DNA from: Selaginella moellendorffii
Taxonomy: Eukaryota; Plantae; Lycopodiophyta
Reading direction: 5' to 3'
NCBI RefSeq assembly: GCF_000143415.4
Contig: NW_003314284.1
Coordinates: forward strand, 434,001 to 498,000
Length of the DNA stretch: 64,000 bases
Shown: positions 60,808 to 64,000 of the stretch, in pieces
Numbering within the stretch: position 1 is the stretch's first letter
How the letters are laid out: each line of letters opens with the position of its first letter
Made by a program: the position numbers and the translations under genes
The notes under the pieces: generated by a model
Database searches by the model: none
What the model was told of the DNA's origin: nothing
Seen by the model: only the letters and a program-made list of their open reading frames with translations

Positions 60808-61162
60808 TCTTACCTGCATTGACAGGAAAATCTTTCATGAATCAGAGTGGAGCAAGCACTCGATCGCAACTCACCTAGCTCTTGCTGGAAATTTCGCGCT
60901 CGCGATCGTCGCACAGCGTTGGCGCTTCGTTCGTCTACGAGACTGAAAACCCTAGCTCTCGCTCAAAGCTCCATAGCTAAAAGCTTGGATATAAAGCAAA
61001 AAATGCACGCCGCTCAAGCCTCTTCTATCGACATGTAAAAGCTCTCCGTTGTTCTTTAACAACAAGGGGCTTCCTCCTTTCACAGTGCTAAGGACACTGT
61101 CCTCCGAAAGCCGCGCGCGCACTACACTCGAGGACAGCTAGCCATAGCTTGGCGGGCTGTCC

Positions 61163-62140
61163 TTAAGACGGGCTTGACGTCCCTTCCACCTCCATGAAGT
61201 GCCGGGCAGCGGCCGTCGCGAAATTCTCCCTCTTCACTCTCACGTGCGGCAGGCGCACGGGATAGTGACGGGTAGTGAAGGCCATCCCCGTCATGGCCGT
61301 GAAGGAGAGAGGGGTGGGCGGGCAGACTGGGGGACTCCACGTGGCTGATACTAGGGCACAGTCAGCACCGTAACGGTCAGGCTGTAAATTTACTTTTACT
61401 TGAGTGGCATCCCGTGCTCTCGTTTCATCACAAAACCAATGTATAAGCTTTATTCCTGGGGAGCCGTGTGTTAAGTACAAGGGCTGTGGAGTCTGCCTCA
61501 GGCAACAAGCAATGAAAACTACAAAGGGAATTGAGTGAGGTGAGAGCAAGGGCCAAAGATATGGTTCCCTCCTCAAACTTAATAAACAACCATTTGTTTG
61601 GCGAGGTGATAGATCTGCTGCTGCCGCTCGGGCTTTCCTATGGCCTCTTGGACTGGAAGTGGGACCGCCGGTTCGATTCCCGCTGAGCTCGTAATCCTCA
61701 AAGTAAACGTAAAATATTAACCTTGGGTGAACTCCTTGTGTCGCCGGTGTTGGGGCCGCGGTAACAATTGCTTGGTATGTATATTCCAGTGCCATGTCTC
61801 CATTCTCTTTTTAAAGCGCAGCAGATGCCCTGGGTGGGCATCTTGGTCCGAAATAGCGAAAGGGGAATGCAACGCCTTTATATGGGACGGTGGGGAGTTT
61901 TGGCGGCATCCGGAGTTTGGGCGGTTGTGGATTCCCGCACACGTGGGCCCTCGATCTCTGAGGATCTGGAATAACATTTTGATACTTGCGGACGCTGGAG
62001 TAAGTTGTAAGGTGGGATGTGATGTGTTGTCTCGCGAGGAAGAAGAGGGCAAACAAGAACCCTATACATGACGCCTTGTTGGCTGGTGCTTGCTTTGCTT
62101 TGCCTAACGATCGCCGGACCAATCATTGCCCGCAAAAAAT
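61163..62140 (-). pseudogene. Unidentified interrupted reading frame
   Basis: ORFs 61811-62122 and 61163-61795 are in the same frame, separated by one TAA. Splice-like signals present; no family recognised. Confidence 0.25.
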
Positions 62141-62901
62141 ATAAACCTTGCAGTTCTAGATGATCACACTGTTGTTGTGTGGTATCATCAAAGGAGATAT
62201 GGCTCCACCCCATCCACCCATGATCTCTACGTTGGGGGGGGAGCACGGAGCCCCATGCACCGTATGGCATGGCCAGCCGCCATCACATGATGCATCATGG
62301 TGGGCATGATGCGACGCTCATGGAGCGCTCATGCGCGCATGCCCTCGCGCGCATTATTCCATGGAACCCCATAGATGGCAAGTATATATGCATTTAACCC
62401 TTCCATTTACTGCAACAGCATGTTCGTTTGCATGCAAAATCCCAATGCGGAAGCATACGGTATATACGCTTGGCTCGCCAGACGGCCGCCTGTCAGAAAC
62501 CCGGGAAGGAAAAGCGACGGGCGCCACCCACCCATCCCCGTCACGGCGACGAGGTGGGGCCAAAAAGACGGACGAGGGTGACGTGCCGCATGCTTGCCCG
62601 TGCCGCGTGCTGCTGCCCGGCTGACGGGCGCCCGTCCGTCGTCCGTCATCCAGAACTGGGGGAACGGGAGTTCTTACCGCGGGGTACAAACTAGACCCTT
62701 GGATATGTTTCGTGTGCGCTCGTGGCGCGGTTAATTGAAGGGAGTGGATTTTGCCTGACAGCGTGATTTTCGGAAAATGATTTTAAATGATTCGGGGCGG
62801 GGCAATAATGCGCAGGAAAAATTTGGCGGAATGGTTAAAAATCCTCGGCTCATGCAGATCGAATGACCCGACCTCGTGGCTTCTATCTTATAGGGTTTGA
62901 G

Positions 62902-63354
62902 ATGGGGGGAAGCACCAAAATGGTGTGTACCTAGTATGTGTGTCCAATATGCTGAAGTGTGTGATGTGAGATTCTTGCATTGGGACAACAGGGAAGTTCT
63001 TGGAATTGGGTTTAGGTCTCTCACGGTAATGCGTTGAGAAGATGCAATCATCTCTGGTTCGTGTCTGCCGTAATTCTGTGCGTGTTAGCTACTTTGCCTA
63101 GAAAGATTTCCGAGGGCTGCGCTGGCTGCGTAGCTGCGAGAATGCCACCATCACCGCCACCGCCACCACCGCCATCACCCGCGCCACCTTTCCTTTCCAT
63201 TTCGAGCAAATGCAAAGAAAAAGAAGTACGTACATTACGTATGGCCGACTACGTACAGATGCGTGTATGGTGTGTACTTGTGTGGGAGGAGCACTACCTA
63301 TAGTCCTCGTTGCAATCACGATGTCGCAGATCCTCCAGGGTTCTCTTTCGCTGA
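62902..63354 (+). CDS. Possible small Pro-rich secreted or membrane-anchored peptide (3 exons)
   Basis: Putative introns 62923-63015 and 63226-63303 give [64 protein letters not shown]. Confidence 0.35.
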
Positions 63355-64000
63355 AAGAGAGAAAGAGAGCTCTCATCATACCCAGCAGCACTGATGAGAG
63401 CGAGGGGTGGAGAAAAATAGCAACACCCAAAGAACTGGTTGGGGGCACACGATTCCTGCAAAGAGAAAGGGGCAAAAATCGATCCGTCCAATGCGATGAG
63501 CTCTGTACCTTAAAGTGTCCTCATTTTGTCCTCCCCGCTGCGAGATCTAGCTAGGTTCAGAGGATTGGCACTCGATTTCTGGATAAACACTACGCATAAT
63601 TAAGTTTGATTCTCTCGCCAAACAAGGAGAGTGGGCCTCGTGAGGTCACGGGCTCGATGCTCTACCCCGCGACGATGCCCTTTGTTTTCTGGGGTGGAAA
63701 CAAGGTGTAGTGTGTTTGGATGACAAAACGATGCAAAGCATACGGTGGACGGACCATCGCGAAAAGAATCTCTCGAGGAAAGCCGACTTAAAGCTAAGAT
63801 GGAATCTTTTGGTGGTGTTACCCGCGGTACGAAGGAATCCCCGAGCAAAAGATGCGAGGTTTGATTCCCATGAAGATTATGCTTGAATGGATTTGCTGCT
63901 TTTTCGTCAATGGTTTGGAGAATCTCGCTTTGGATTGCGTGTCCTCTGCGCCATCGCAAAAGAATTTCCACAGCCAAGTTGGGAGGAGAAATTTCCGCGA

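Noticed and set aside
61120-63712. Possible CACTA element (CACTACAC ... GTGTAGTG)
   Set aside because: Only an 8-bp inverted match, the 3-bp flanks differ (GCG vs TGT), and no transposase is present.

Overview
Gene-dense land-plant nuclear DNA with very short introns (~45-70 nt), a PLS-class PPR gene and a flagellar gene. This is most consistent with a lycophyte such as Selaginella moellendorffii (inference, no search run). 1-34.8 kb holds, in order: CCR-like gene plus a degraded tandem copy; MYB-CC/PHL; steroleosin/HSD; mRNA cap N7-methyltransferase 2 with a very large charged-repeat insertion; tRNA-Glu; dephospho-CoA kinase; STAR/KH protein; SET/LSMT-like protein; PR-1; UVI4/OSD1-like APC/C inhibitor; tRNA-Phe; G2-like MYB; a second MYB-CC/PHL; condensin-II CAP-D3; a 6-Cys secreted peptide; and a 9-exon BLUF-fold gene (DYBLUP/MOT7/TEX47-like) that only reads through via a U12 AT-AC intron. 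34.8-52.3 kb is a gene-free, repeat-derived island. It contains a shuffled inverted-repeat mosaic, a split solo LTR, and a young TSD-flanked non-coding LTR element (LARD-like) with a compact five-hairpin RNA module. 52.4-64 kb holds PPR, UBP22-like and AGO1-clade genes, then unresolved sequence. Highlights: the BLUF-like flagellar protein with its minor-spliceosome intron, P1BS clusters upstream of both PHL genes, the repeat-expanded cap methyltransferase, tRNA genes abutting mRNAs, and the structured RNA core of the LTR element. All gene models were spliced by eye.
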